The notes beneath the pieces are model-generated. The model did no database searches. It was not told where the DNA came from and saw nothing but the letters and a program-made list of their open reading frames with translations. From contig CM060733.1 of NCBI GenBank assembly GCA_030704615.1, positions 66,402,001 to 66,466,000 on the forward strand: a DNA stretch of 64,000 nt. Reading direction: 5' to 3'. Shown piece after piece: positions 38,947 through 52,119 of this stretch. Both the position numbers and the translations under genes were made by a program. Each line of letters starts with the position of its first letter. Position 1 is the first letter of the stretch. Origin of the DNA: Takakia lepidozioides (taxonomy: Eukaryota > Plantae > Bryophyta).

Positions 38947-40449
38947 TGCCCATTCCGGCTATGACAGTTAGAACACACTTGTATAGACGTGGCTTGCCAC
39001 AAAATTTGCAATAAAATGTTGCATTTCAAGTCCACTGGTGCCACATTCCAACTTCACATGACCCTATTTCCGTGCCTCCTAACCCTATTTCCGTGGACTC
39101 ACAATGGTCTGCTCATGCTTTTTTTTTTTTCCGCTCATGCTCATGCCGCTCATGAAATAGCAGCCCCCGTGGGGACTGATACCCCAGGGCTATGAGGTCT
39201 CATTCCAGCTAGGACCTCCTTTGGTGACTTTCTGTCAAGGCCCCCCGAGAACATTTGTCAATATATCAAAATGAGAAGGTGAAAAGGAGAAGGGTAAGGG
39301 TAGATGGTGTGTACAAGAACCACTAAGTACACTGATCAGATAAAGAGAGGGAAGAGAATACATGTCATGTCAAGACATGGACAAGACCGCTAAGGTCATT
39401 GTCATTGAAAGACAAAACAGCCCTTTACAGGGCACCATCTAACATTTCCTTTCATGTTTACAATCTCATTTGAATACCCCATTACATTTCAGGGTCTCTG
39501 AAAAAACAGGGTGGGAGGGTGGGATTCCAGGTCAGTCATGTCATGAAAGCACCATAGTTTGCACCATCATCTCAAAAATTCATTTCAAACTCATTTCAAA
39601 AACCAGATTGCAGGTTTGGTTTGAAGTTGATGTTTTAGAACCAAGATACAAGCAAGATTCTTAAAAAGGAAGAAGAAACAACAAGGTTGAGCCCCCTTAA
39701 GCAGGTATAGGCCTGGAATGGTATTTTAAGGCCTCATAAAATAGCTCTGCCAAGGTGAAAGAGCAGCTCAGAAACCCCTGTTTGTTATCAAGCCATGAAA
39801 CCAAAATGATATGAGGGCCTTGAAGAATGTGTGTTATCTATCAAAGCCTATCCTTTTGATCCATCAGAGTCATACCAAGAAGTTTCATTTCAGAGCCAAG
39901 TATCAAAGCAGTCAAAGTAATAACTGCTATTTTGTACCCTTGTACCCTTCATAGCTTAACTCCTACACATGCAAATGTGGTTGTAAAAACCAGAAACAGG
40001 GGTAAGGAGAGAAGCAGATCCTCATTGGAGCCATCTTGGAGCAGGTCTGAAGCGGCATGGTGGCAGTTTGAAACAGCAAATGGCATCAACAGCTTAGGCA
40101 ACAGCAGAATCCACATTTGCAAGAACAGGAGCTGCAAGCTTCAAGAAATCAAGACAAGTGAAGACCCTCACCTGTGCCCGTCCCAAAAACCACCACATAG
40201 CGATGTGTGTTAGTGAGGATGCAGCAGGTGAGTGGCAGGTCTTCACAGTTGCTATCCATGTCAGTGTTGAATTCTAAAGCATGTACAGATCACAATTCAA
40301 GCAAGGGTAAACTCAAAAAACCTTGAGTGTTTGTGGTATGCCCTGCGCCATGGCGTCCAATAGATCGTCTCCAACAAAACGCAATCAAAGTAGAAGCGTT
40401 CACAGATAGAGAATGGCTCATACAAAAAGATAGCAACATGTAGCGGTTT

Positions 40450-41295
40450 ATTGTGGAACTTGTTCAGGTTTGTGTTATTGAAGATGAGGTGAAAAAAAAA
40501 CACATGGTCATTGTGATTGCTTATTTAGGGTGTCTTTGTGAAGAAGAGGTAAAAAAAAACATTGAGCTATCCTTGTGAAACTTGTTTAGGATTATGTTAT
40601 TGAAGAAGAGGTGGAAAAAAAATCAGATGGTCATCATGAATGCTTATATAGGGTTTGTTTGTGAAGAAGAGGTGAAAAAAAAAGTTAAGCTCTATCATTG
40701 TCAAACTTGTTCAGGTTTCTGTTATTGAAGAAGAGGTGAAAAAATAAATCAGATGGTCATTATGAATGTTTATTTAGGGTTTGTTTGTGAAGAAGAGGTG
40801 AAAAAATTGAGCTCTCATTCTCAAACTTGTTAAGGTTTCTGTTATTGAAGAAGAGGTGAAAAAAATATTAGATGGTCATCATGAATGCTTATTTAGGGTT
40901 TGTTTGTGAAGAAGAGGTGAAAAAAAAGTTGAGCTCTATCATTGTCAAACTTGTTCAGGTTTCTGTTATTGAAGAAGAGGTGAAAAAAAACCAGATGGTC
41001 ATCATGAATGCTTATTTAGGGTTTGTTTGTGAAGAAGAGGTGAAAAAAATTGAGCTCTATCATTGTCAATCTTGTTCAGGTTTCTGTTGATGAAAAAGAG
41101 GTGAAAAAAAAATCATATGGTCATCATGAATGCTTATTTAGGGTTTGTTTGTATAGAGGACGTGGAAAACAAATGATTTGTCATTGTGAAACTTGTTCAG
41201 GTGCCTGTTATTCAAGAAGAAGTGGAAAAAAAAACAGATGGTCATCATGAAGCTCATTTACGCAATGCTTCTGTAGAGGTCGTGAAAAAATAAAA
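40450..41295. repeat. AT-rich tandem array, ~118-bp unit of two ~59-bp subunits
   Basis: GAAGAAGAGGTGAAAAAA recurs every ~59 bp, alternating with CAGATGGTCATCATGAATGCTTATTTAGGG and GAGCTCTATCATTGTCAAACTTGTTCAGG; about 7 units. Confidence 0.9.
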
Positions 41296-41342
41296 TGAGC
41301 TTTCATACTGACACTTGTCCATGTTTGGCAGGCCCGCGAAAA

Positions 41343-41378
<36 letters not shown>

Positions 41379-41587
41379 TGGCTCGGGGCGATATTGGGGG
41401 TTGGGGCAGAAGTGGTGTGCGTTGACACACTCAATTTTAGAGGCTCGTTAACCAAACCCGATGAAAAAATAAACTACCTTTCATAACGAGACATCGTCTG
41501 CTTGTCCAGATTTAAGAATTGTGTATATATGTTCTACCAACAAGGCAGCCCTTTCCGACATTGCGAAAAATCGCAACATATGCAACA

Positions 41588-44500
41588 CTACTCGATATTG
41601 CCAATGTCTCGCTGCAAAAATGTCCGTACCTCACCAGGACCTAGCGTCGCCTGGTGAATGATTTGGTCTCTTTTGGGATCACAATACATCCTGCGCAAAA
41701 AGATGTAGTAAAGATGCTTACAGGGAACCCATTTCCCTCTCTTTCCTATAGCTTCCTCACGCATGCACACGAAGTCGGGACAGGTACACCCCGGAAAATT
41801 TCCCACCGTCACCTGATGGGCCCTGTCGCGCAAAATAGACCCAGATGTGACCAAAGTATAAACCCGTCCATACCCAGGTGAAGGTACTTCCATAGTTCAT
41901 GTTACCCGAGCCTGAAGTAGTCTGGCCGATTCCACCTTCACATTGTGATCAGGCCCCGAAGCCACCCGATGCACTGTTTTGCCATTCCTTCTCGTGGGAT
42001 GCGAAGTATCGTCTAGAGGAGGCACCATAGCAGCAAGGCCACCAAGAGTCGACGCCACAGATCGATGCAGACGAAAGCCGACATCCTCCAACTTGCCAAT
42101 CTCCAGTGCTGTTAGGGAGGTTCCCAGCCGCACTGGCCAAATGGTGGGTGGGGGAGGCTTAGCAATGCAGGAGTCGCGGACGGTACAATTCACACAGCGA
42201 GCCATATCGTCCGGGCAGAACCAGAATTTGTGCGTCTTTGACTCCTTTGACATATATGGCCGAATCAAACTTGTGAACGTCGGAGCTGGAGTACCCGCTG
42301 AGCCTTTGGCTATCCTGGACTTACACTTTTCATAACTAATGGCCCTCACTGCAGTGCAGCCAACTCTAGACCCTGGAGTAGTTCGCTCGATGTGCCATTC
42401 AGAGTCAGCACAAGGTGACTCATGCACTGCCCCCCTGTGGTCCTGCTGGAAACCCGCAATTACAGGGGTTGCAGGTAGAGGACAGGTCTTTGTGGAAGAG
42501 GATGCACGAGCAGCCTCTTTCCTACTGGACGCCATGCTTTTGTAGTGGAGAAATTTTGGGTACAGAGAAGTTGTCTCTGTCATGGCGATGTGAATCCATA
42601 TCTGATCCTGGAGGTGTATTTAGCTTGCGTTTGCAAGTCCCAAACCTTTCCTCTCCTTCCAGATGGGGCTCCCTTGATTGGAGAGGCGAGCCCATTGTGC
42701 ACCTGTTCACTGCCTTTGCCATCTTTGTTGAATCCCCGGACCTTCTTGCAGCCCTCAGCATCAACTCTGCTGTATCTGGTCCCTTGCCCCCACATCGCCC
42801 CCTGAGGAAGTCACGATATCTTGTTTGCTGGGTTAGAGCTCGTACCAGATCATCTGTTGTAGCAATGTACAAATCTCTTCCTGCTTTGCCAGATTGTTGC
42901 TTCCAGGCGGCGTGAATGCTTTCTGGCATGTTGCAGGACGGCATGTCCGCAATGTCCTCAAGGGACATGTCCTGTGAAAGGAAAATGAAAGAGCGTCATT
43001 CATGCAAGCGCGGACTGTTCTGGGAACAAGGAAATAAACTGGGCACATACAAGGGATTGCAGAGGTGAAAGGCAGCTTACAGTAGTCATGAAAGCCCCCC
43101 ATTGCCTGTATGTGAAGTGCCAGAAGACCAACCAGTCTTCCAATTCTTTGACACCGTCCTGATCAGTAGCCCCTGACGAGAACCACCATGCTCACTGTCT
43201 GGTACATGGTCTCAGCCTCTTCCATTGTAGTCGCATTCTTATACATGAAGCAGAGCCTCATGTGCTCCGCCTACATATCTCTTTTGATGCACCTCTTCGT
43301 ATGTTTCTGCAGGGACTGAGTCCAGTGGAATAGACATGTGCGCTCCCTATTAGGCATGGGTACCTTTGGATCACCAGATCCAAAAACTCGGCGCACAACG
43401 TTGAAGTTAGCCTGTGCACTATCCGCCATAAACCCGTTGAAATTTATGCCTGTATGTCCATTGGACTCCATGACTGAAAGCAAACAATTCCACATTATCA
43501 TTTGGGACTCTGTATCTTCAGACTGCATGTCACAGATGGCAATTGTCATTATTCTTTGGTAGTTTGGATCGTAAACATGGCAAGACATGGTTGTCCAGCC
43601 CTTCACTCGTTTGCAATGATCGAACATCATCCAGGCTTTCTCCAGATCCCCCCCTGGTTGCATACGTCTGGCCAGGCTGACGCCACTGCCCTCGCCCAGC
43701 GTAGACATCTTGAACAAGTAAACCTTTGAAGACCCCTAACCCGGGAATACGCTAGATTGGATAAAGTCATATTGACTTATTCGTTTGAGCTCCATAATGC
43801 TGTCGATGGACCCTGTGTTTCCACCGCGCACTCTCAATGCATTCACCTGATTCCTAATATTAGGGGAGCTCAACACGAAGAAGTGATCCATCACTGCATC
43901 CAAAGACGCCCCCTCAAGTCTTGAGCTGGATTCGCTTCCTTGCCCCAGAATGTGCCTCTCTAGGAAACTTTTGCTGGCAGCCAGCGCTATGGCAGATGGT
44001 TTGGCTGAAGGGGACTTTGCAAACTCCTCCACGACAAGCCCACGCGCCAACTCCACACTATCTCTGCAATCATCGTGAGACACAGGATGGTCGTGAGTCC
44101 CAAAATGAATGTAGGCTTGAGTCATGGTTTTGCAACGGTGAATAACGTAGTACATGCGAGCAGGGCAATGTGCAATGCAGGAGGGGGCCACCTTGCAGAA
44201 CTTACAAACAAATGTACTGGCAGACAGTGCGGCACAACCTGGGATAAAAGGATTGTCGGAGAGTCCTTCCCACTCACTCTCATTTTTAGCACTGCTCTTC
44301 ATGAAACGCAGGCAACTTGCATTCACACATCTCAGATGCCCCACACAAATGCTCCTTCTGAATGTCAAGTTTACATCGTTGTGGATATTGGACATTTTGG
44401 TTCTGCACCATGGATGGCCGTCATGCTTTTTATCCATTCCTTGCAAGAGACCTGCGAGGCCCCCAACACAAGTTGGTGGATTTAGTTCAAAGAGGATGTC

Positions 44501-44990
44501 ACCGTCAAAGGAAGGTAGGAAAGGAACCCTTTTTGTTGCGAATGAATCCCACAGTATCCCTGCGATCTCGTTTTTGGATCCTGGTTTTCCTGACAATGCT
44601 TTCAGATGTGGGATGATGCTAACGATTCTTGAACATCGACGTCCCCTTCAGGAAGATTGTTCATGGGAGCTAGTATTTCCGCCAATTCATCATCCAAGGA
44701 ATCCGACAGTGTCACAAAAGTTGTTGAAGTGGTGTCCTCATGCTTCACAGTCACTTGCCGCTTTCCTTGAACGACAGAGGCAATTGTCCCAGGAGTCACA
44801 ATGGAGCCACCGGATTGTCTCCTTTCACTTTGGAACACACGATATTTTCCAGGAAGAACTCTCCATTCCTTGTGTTTCTGTGCAACGTGCGGTTTCTGGA
44901 ACAACGTTCTTTGAACGTTTCCCTCCAAGTCATAGATCTCTTTCTCGACAGAAACACAACCAATGTCAAGCTTGAACCTTGCTGCCAGAA
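41588..44990 (-). pseudogene. Transposase B (diverged paralog of A): GCM/WRKY-like finger + DDE + SWIM; interrupted by G2
   Basis: MDKKHDGHPWC..CKFC..HFGTHDHP; WMMFDH, GFMADS, CLFH, CNMPESIH; CTCPDF..VPCKHLY. Intron 43080-42972 at the same position as in A. Confidence 0.85.
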
Positions 44991-47900
44991 TGTCGCGGCC
45001 CTTGGCCTTGAGGGCAGGGGGTCGGGACACAAGAGGGGCTGCCCCTGTGGTGGGGGCAGTGGCAGCGATAGGTATGGGGGGCTGAAGCACCCTTGAGTGC
45101 CCAAGGCACTCAAGGAGGCGGAGGCGCTCACTAGGTGGAGCCCCGCACACCGGGTTGCGGTGGGGGTGGCTCCACAAGGGGTGGTGGTAGCTTAGCGGGA
45201 CTTAGTGGGGGTGGCATAGGACTCACCATGGGGAGGAGACCTCGTGGTGGGAGTCGTGGGGAGTCTTGGGACTCATCACGGTCCATAGGGGCCGTGGTGG
45301 GTGGGCCAAGACTCACCGCGACTCATCACCGGGAGTCGAGGGTGTTCGTGGTGGTTCGCCATAAAATGGCATGGTTGTTTGTGAAACCCCTGCGGACAGC
45401 TACAGAAGTATATATAGGGAGTAGTAACCCCGAGAACGGTGCAAGCCCGTTGGTGACAAAAAACTAGTGAGTAAGCGAGCGAGCCGGAAAGCAACCAAAG
45501 AGTGGGGAGCTGTTCCGGACTGCCAACTACCAAAGGGAATTCCGCCGGTTCCAAATCGTTGGAGGGTTCTTTGGGAGATCAAAGGGGGACTGTTATGCCC
45601 CGGTGAGCAGCCGAAGCTCCAAGTTGGCCCGGCGGCCAGGTTGGGAGTTAGGCGCGCGCATCAAGCGAGTGACTATGACTTGAGGGGGGAGCTCACGGAA
45701 GTGAGGTGCGCGACACTTGGTATCAGAGCTTAGAGTTCAGTGCGCAATCGTCCTTGGGATTGGCCTCATCATGGGGTCGGGCAAGCCAAAGCCAAAGCGG
45801 AACGGCCCAAAAGATGATGATTCTGGTGAGCCCGATGGGGGCGACGTGTCACCGAGGCGGCCGTTTGAGGAAGCGATGCATGTTTCCAAAAACGAGGCCG
45901 CTCAAGAGCAGGAGGAATGTGAGGAGTCGGAGCCTGAGGAATCCCTGAGAGCTCCGACCGACCAACAGATGCCTCCCATGCCGGCAGCCTTTTGGGAAGG
46001 GTTGTTGGCGCAATTTGGCAGGACGTTGAAAGACGTGTTGAAGGCGGCTAATGCCACTTCCACTAAGGCAAAGTTTAAGGTGAAGCCTAAGGAACCCGAC
46101 ACCTTCGAGGGCGTCCGAAATCGGAAGGCACTCAACACCTGGCTCTTGGAGCTAGAGCAGTACTTCCGGGCGGCCAAGTTGAGTGACGAGGATCGGGTGG
46201 AAGTGGCTCCCACCTATTTGAGGGGCTATGCTCAACAATGGTGGCAGAAACGCCTTCACAACCGAGGTCCAAGCCTGGAAACCTTGAACTGGAGTGGGTT
46301 CAAGGAATTGATGAAGAGGCAGTTTGTGCCCCTCAACGCGTCCTGGCTCGCCCGGGACAAGATGAGGAATTTGAAGCAAACAGATGACATTCAGGGATAT
46401 GTCCAGGCTTTCAATGTGCTGTTGCTCGAAGTCGCGGACATGGCAGAACCAAAAATGGTCTTCAACTTTGTGGCGGGACTGACCCCATGGGCCAGGCGGA
46501 AGTTGGAGGAGAAGCCACCTAAGACTTTGAACGAGGCAATTGAGAGGGCTGAATGTTTCTCGGATGTCCCTAAGGGTGAAAGAGAAGGCCGTACGGAGCT
46601 GAACCACAAGAAGACCCGGCTGGAAGGTGACTCATTCCGACCGGAAAAGAAGTGGTATAGGCCATGCGGCGACAATGGCACGTGGAAATCGAAGGGAGGG
46701 CCTTCACAAGTCAAGGCGGCACCCGGTGCTTCGAAAAGAAAAGCGGGTGGAGCGGCCTATGGCGGACAGAAGGCGACCTTTGATGGAGTGTGTTTCAATT
46801 GCGGGGAGCCCGGGCACATGGCCAAGAAGTGCACGAAGCCCCGGCAATTGAACATGACTCGGGCGACCACAGAGCTGTCGGAAGATACCATCAGTCGCTT
46901 GGTGGAAGCGGTGGTCGCCAGGACTTGCAAGGTAGGCAAATTTTCTTGTGAGTTGTATCAGGAAACTGGCACCTTACGTAAAGGGAGTTAGTTATTGTTC
47001 GTGGATGGGATAATATCCGGAACTAACGTGTCGTTGTTGGTGGACACAGGAGCGTTGCACTCCTTCATGACACCGGCAACGGCACAAAAGCTGGGACTCC
47101 CGACAAGTGACGTGGGGGCCTCTATTGAGGTGCATTCTGCCAAAGGAGAACCGCAATTGGCGACAAGGTTGGCGTTTGATGTTCCTCTTCAACTGGGGAG
47201 TTGGGAGGGACGTGAAAACTTCACCATCTGCGAGATCGATGGGGTGGATCTCATTTTGGGGATGACCTTTTTGAGCAAATCCGGAGCAGTCATAGATGGC
47301 CGCAAGAGAGTAGTCACGCTGCCATGTGGGAATGGTGGCGAGATCTTACGAGTGTCGGAAACGCCCAAACCCGTAGGAGGGCGAATAAACCTTCTGTCAG
47401 CAAGGGAGTGGGCCGTGGAGGAGGCACACGAGCCCTTGTTTTTGCTCTTCATTAGAGAAGTGAAGGGAGAAGGCGATGGGGAGCCGAGCCCAGATTGGAT
47501 CAAGGGGATTTTGGAGAAATACCAGGATGTGATGCCGGAGGATTTACCAAACGGCTTGCCACCGTGAAGAGGAGTTGACCACAAGATTGAGGTGATACCG
47601 GGATCGGAACCGCCTGCCAATGCGCCCTACCGGTTGAGCCACAGAGAGTTGGTCGAGCTGAAGACTTAGCTCAAAGATCTAATGTCAAAGGGGTACATCC
47701 GGCCGAGTAAGTCACCTTACGGAGCCCTAGTGCTATTCGCAGACAAGAAGGATGGGACGCTGTGGATGTGTGTCGATTACAGGGCTTTGAATAAGGTGAC
47801 TATCAAAAACCGGTACCCTTTGCCAAGGATCGACGACCTTTTCGATCGGTTGGCAGGAGCGAAGTATTTCAGCCGGATCGATCTGCGCTCCGGCTATCAT

Positions 47901-50900
47901 CAAATTCGAGTGGCAAAAGGAGATGAGGAGAAGACCGCGTGTAGAACAAGGTATGGTTCATATGAGTTCTTGGTGATGCCTTTTGGACTCACCAACGCTC
48001 CCGCGACCTTTAGCACGCTGATGAACAGCCTTTTCCAGGAGTGGTTGGATGACTTTGTGATCGTGTACATCGACGACATCTTGGTGTATTCAAAAACAAA
48101 GGAGGAGCACCTGGAGCACCTCAAAAGGGTGTTCCAGAAATTGCGGGAAGGGAAGCTGTATGCCAAAGCTTCAAAGTGCGAATTCGGGGTCACAAAAGTG
48201 GAGTTCCTGGGGCATGTGATTACACAGGATGGGATCAGAATGGATGACAGGAAGGTGAGGGCAATCTTGGACTGGGAGCCTCCGACTTCGGTCCCGGGAG
48301 TGCGATCTTTTTTAGGACTCGCCTCCTATTACCGGAAGTATGTGAGAAATTTCGCCAAGATCGCGGGGCCGCTGTCAGACCTTCTGTGTAAATCCAAAGT
48401 CTGGGCATGGAACACCTTTTGTGGCCAAGCTTTTGCTGAATTGAAGCAGTGGATGGCGAAAGCTCCAGTCTTGAAAATCCCGGAGTTCGATCGTCCGTTC
48501 GAGATTCATACAGATGCGTCGGACTTCGCGATTGGGGGTGTATTGATGCAAGATGGACGTCCAGTGGCTTACGAAAGCAATGCATGTGGGAATCGCAGGT
48601 AATGATGAATGCGAAGGAGCAAGTCGTAATGCATACAAATTCGTTCGGCTTGTACGTCAAATGGGATGGAACACAGACATTGGAAGACTACGTGACACGT
48701 TTCAGATGTGCGTACAAGGACAACGTCTTCGCCAGGGAGCTACAGACAACAAGAAGGAGCATGGAGTTTACACATCAAGAGGGAGCGGGAAAAGCTGAAG
48801 TGGAGCGACGGTGGCCGACGCACGAGAAAGAGATGAAGGCGGTGGTGCACTGTCTTGAGCTTTGGCGCCACTATGTTGGTTCCAACCCAGTGAAGGTGTT
48901 CACGGACAATGTCACGGTGAAGTATTTTGCCACGCAGCCCAAGTTGTCCCCAAAACAACTTAGGTGGCAAGATACCTTGGCGGTGTTCGACGTAGATATC
49001 CAGTACAAACCGGGACGGGACAACGTGGTGGCCGATGCTTTAAGTAGAAAGCAGCAGCTCCTGTTGGTGTACAGGGGCGAGACGGCGCTCCAAAGGAAGA
49101 TCCGGAAGGCTTGCCGGAAGGATGAGCTAGCAAAGTCCGTGATGCACGACTTGAGGATGGGGATTAAATCGCAGTTCCACTTGCAAAATGGACTGCTCCG
49201 GTATAAGCAAAAGCATCTCTACGTGCCGAAGGGAGGGATCAGAGATTCTTATGGAAGGGCTATCATCATGTGGAGGCATCTTGGGTGCGTGCCTCAGAAA
49301 TGGGAAACGCATCCGAGGCGGTTGCAGTTTTCGAAGGGCGACCTCAAAAGCGGAAGAAGCGTTGATGGGGACATCAACCTTGGAGCGTAGGGGAGGAAAC
49401 GCATGCTTAGCCCGGCTTAGCTAGCTTAGGAATCCGATTGCAAAAACTTGTATTGTACAAAAATTTGTTATAAAGGAAATGGGTTCCAAATGTTGTGCGT
49501 CCTATTTTGTTTGGAATGGTGATGCATGGTGTGGTTGGCTAGTGTGTAGAATGCATGCTAGCTTACAAAAGAGGGAGAGGTAAATTGGGTTAATCTTGTG
49601 TTTGCGCAGCGCCGAAATCGGGTGACTCCCATCCAAGGGGCAAGGAAACTTGCGCCTTCTTTAGGAGTTCACGTGCTAGTGCGCACCTGGCGCGTGCGCA
49701 TACTATAACTGCGCTATCGAGGGGGTTGCTTTGTAGTGCGGGCTAACGCGGAAGCTACGTGCTTCCGTTCACGTACTATAATCGTGTAGCCTCGGGACGA
49801 AGTCGTAGTGCGGCTTCGGCGTGTTCCCGTACCTCAGGCCAGCATTCCAAGGCGGACCCAATTGTAGTGATTGGGGCGCGCGGTTGGTTCAAGGTTATCT
49901 TCCTAGTCAAAGAGGGTTCAAGGTGAACCCTTGCTCAAGGTGATGCCAAAAGCGGCATCATGAGCGGTCGCAAGCAATGTTGTTGCAGTAAGGCGATTCG
50001 ATCCTCGGGGAGGATCGTTCCTTGGCCTTGAAGTAGGCCAAGAACAGTGCACTGGGAGGAGCTTGAGAGGCTCCACCCTTGGCTGGGACTTGGAGGAAGT
50101 CGGCCGAACTAGCTAGTGGAGAGTAGAGTCAAGTGTGGGGTTTGGTTCTTTGCCATGGGACGCCATGGTACGGAAACAAACTCCTTGATGTGGGACGCCA
50201 CAACTTGGATGTTCGTTTTTACAAAATGGACAAACCGATGAGGACATCGACTCCCTGTTGGTAGGGGTGTGTGTCGCAGCCCTTGGCCTTGAGGGCAGGG
50301 GGTCGGGACACAAGAGGGGCTGCCCCTGTGGTGGGGGCAGTGGCAGCGAAAAGTATGAGGGCTGAAGCGCCCTTGAGTGCCCAAGGCACTCAAGGAGGCG
50401 GAGGCGCTCACTAGGTGGAGCCCCGCACACCGGGTTGCGGTGGGGGTGGCTCCACAAGGGGTGGTGGTAGCTTAGCGGGACTTAGTGGGGGTGGCATAGG
50501 ACTCACCCTGGGGAGGAGACCTCGTGGTGGGAGTCGTGGGGAGTCTTGGGACTCATCACGGTCCATAGGGGCCGTGGTGGGTGGGCCAAGACTCACCGCG
50601 ACTCATTACCGGGAGTCGAGGATGTTCGTGGTGGTTCGCCATAAAATGGCATGGTTGTTTGTGAAACCCCCGTGGACAGCTACAGAAGTATATATAGGGA
50701 GTAGTAACCCCGAGAACGGTGCAAGCCCGTTGGTGACCAAAAACTAGTGAGTAAGCGAGCGAGCCGGAAAGCGACCAAAGAGTGGGGAGCTGTTCCGGAC
50801 TGCCAACTACCAAAGGGAATTCCGCTGGTTCCAAATCGTTGGAGGGTTCTTTGGGAGATCAAAGGGGGACCGTTATGCCCCGACTTGAGGGGGGAACTCA

Positions 50901-50920
50901 CCGAAGTGAGGTGCGCGACA
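44991..50920 (+). mobile_element. Ty3/gypsy chromovirus copy G2 with both LTRs (44991-45715; 50272-50920); integrase deleted
   Basis: 5-bp TSD CAGAA (44986-44990/50921-50925). PBS TGGTATCAGAGC 45718-45729. gag, PR, RT, RH present; jump into the chromodomain at ~49248. Confidence 0.97.
45718..45729 (+). other. Primer-binding site complementary to initiator tRNA-Met 3' end (also at 60402-60413)
   Basis: TGGTATCAGAGC two nt after the LTR end CGCGACA. Confidence 0.9.
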
Positions 50921-50925
50921 CAGAA

Positions 50926-51513
50926 CATGCTCCTCCACCACAACAAAACCATCATCTTCAACCGCGGCACTGAAAGGGCAAGGTTCTTCAGTATACTGAA
51001 ACTCGGCGAAGGCCACGTCATTAGGAGAAGCCATGTGGTGAACATACGATGCTGAGTACCAATACAACTGTGCGACATGGACAGGTAAAAACCTTCCGGA
51101 GGCGATTGACAAATCCCAAAAGTGTTTGCTAAGGCAAGAGGCAGTTGTACAACTGGCCCCACACATTAACCAATAACGGTCAAGGGTATTGAACCACACC
51201 GCCAAAACAGTTGGGCAGTTGCCAAATTGATGGAGAATGGAACAAAACTGTTTATTTTGTCAGTGTCACACCACCGGGAAAAGACGGCGTCGTCTTGGAT
51301 ATGACAATTCAATTTGCGTTTTGCGGCGTTCCACAACGTGAACCCGGACAGTGCATTGAGTGCCGAACCCGGGAAATATCCGACACCGGATGAACGCGGA
51401 CATGGCGTTCCTGACGTTATGTATGTTTTCGTTTTGAAGAAGGCAAAATCCGTGTATGATAGGGCGATGGCATGCCTCATGTGCGCAATATCCAAATCAC
51501 AAAACATCCACAT
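50926..51513 (-). pseudogene. 5' part of transposase B, separated by the G2 insertion
   Basis: Removing 44991-50925 joins ..VVEEHV to LAARFKLDIG.. in frame. Confidence 0.65.
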
Positions 51514-52119
51514 TTGAAGAAAACGGCCTTATTGATGGCATTAGGGGCACCCAATAAACCGCAGGCAGTGAGATCGATCCATTTGGGGGGTTAGAAGGTA
51601 GACACGCACGTCCTTAACCACATGCATGACTGACGGCTTTAGAGGGTTCCTTACTTTCTCTATTGTTGTTAGTCAAGCTGGAGAGCTGCGAGAGTGAGAG
51701 AGAAGACATAGTAAGAAGACGTAGAAGGCAGTCCCTTTACTTCACGAGTGCGAGAGAGAGGAAAAACGCGCGAGTCACAATGAGAAAGTTGCGCAATCTG
51801 CAAAATGCTGATGAGCAGGTTGCACAGGATACGTCAACCCACGAATCACAACAGATCACAGAGGCGGTCCAGCCTGAAATGGAGGGAAGAAGGGAAGGGG
51901 AGGAGATTGCCCCGGAGACCATTGTGCATGACATGGACATCGACACCACCACCGTCGGTGAGAAAGAAGCAACACCAAAGGAAGCGGTGAGGACGCATCA
52001 AGAGAGGCATCGGGAAGTGGTGTCAAGAAACCCAGGGTAATCCTTCTCCCAAACTGCATGAATCTCGCTTGACTGTCGTACCAAGTGCATAGACAGGATA
52101 CGAGAGATCCCCTGAAAAT

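Larger units (their letters stand above)
26357..39168. mobile_element. Two-gene TIR DNA transposon with both ends defined, subfamily A copy 2 (MULE-related transposase + ParB-like gene), 12.8 kb
   Basis: Left end GAGGTTAGCTATTTCATGAGCATGAGCGG (26357-). Right end CCGCTCATGCTCATGCCGCTCATGAAATAGCAGCCCCC (-39168) is its imperfect reverse complement. Identical 8-bp flanks GTGGGGAC at 26349-26356 and 39169-39176 (TSD). Confidence 0.9.

Noticed and set aside
26364-39161. Element ends at the perfect GCTATTTCATGAGC inverted repeat with 0-2 bp TSD
   Set aside because: Extending 7 bp each side reveals an exact 8-bp TSD, and the 23805 copy shares the extra GAGGTT.
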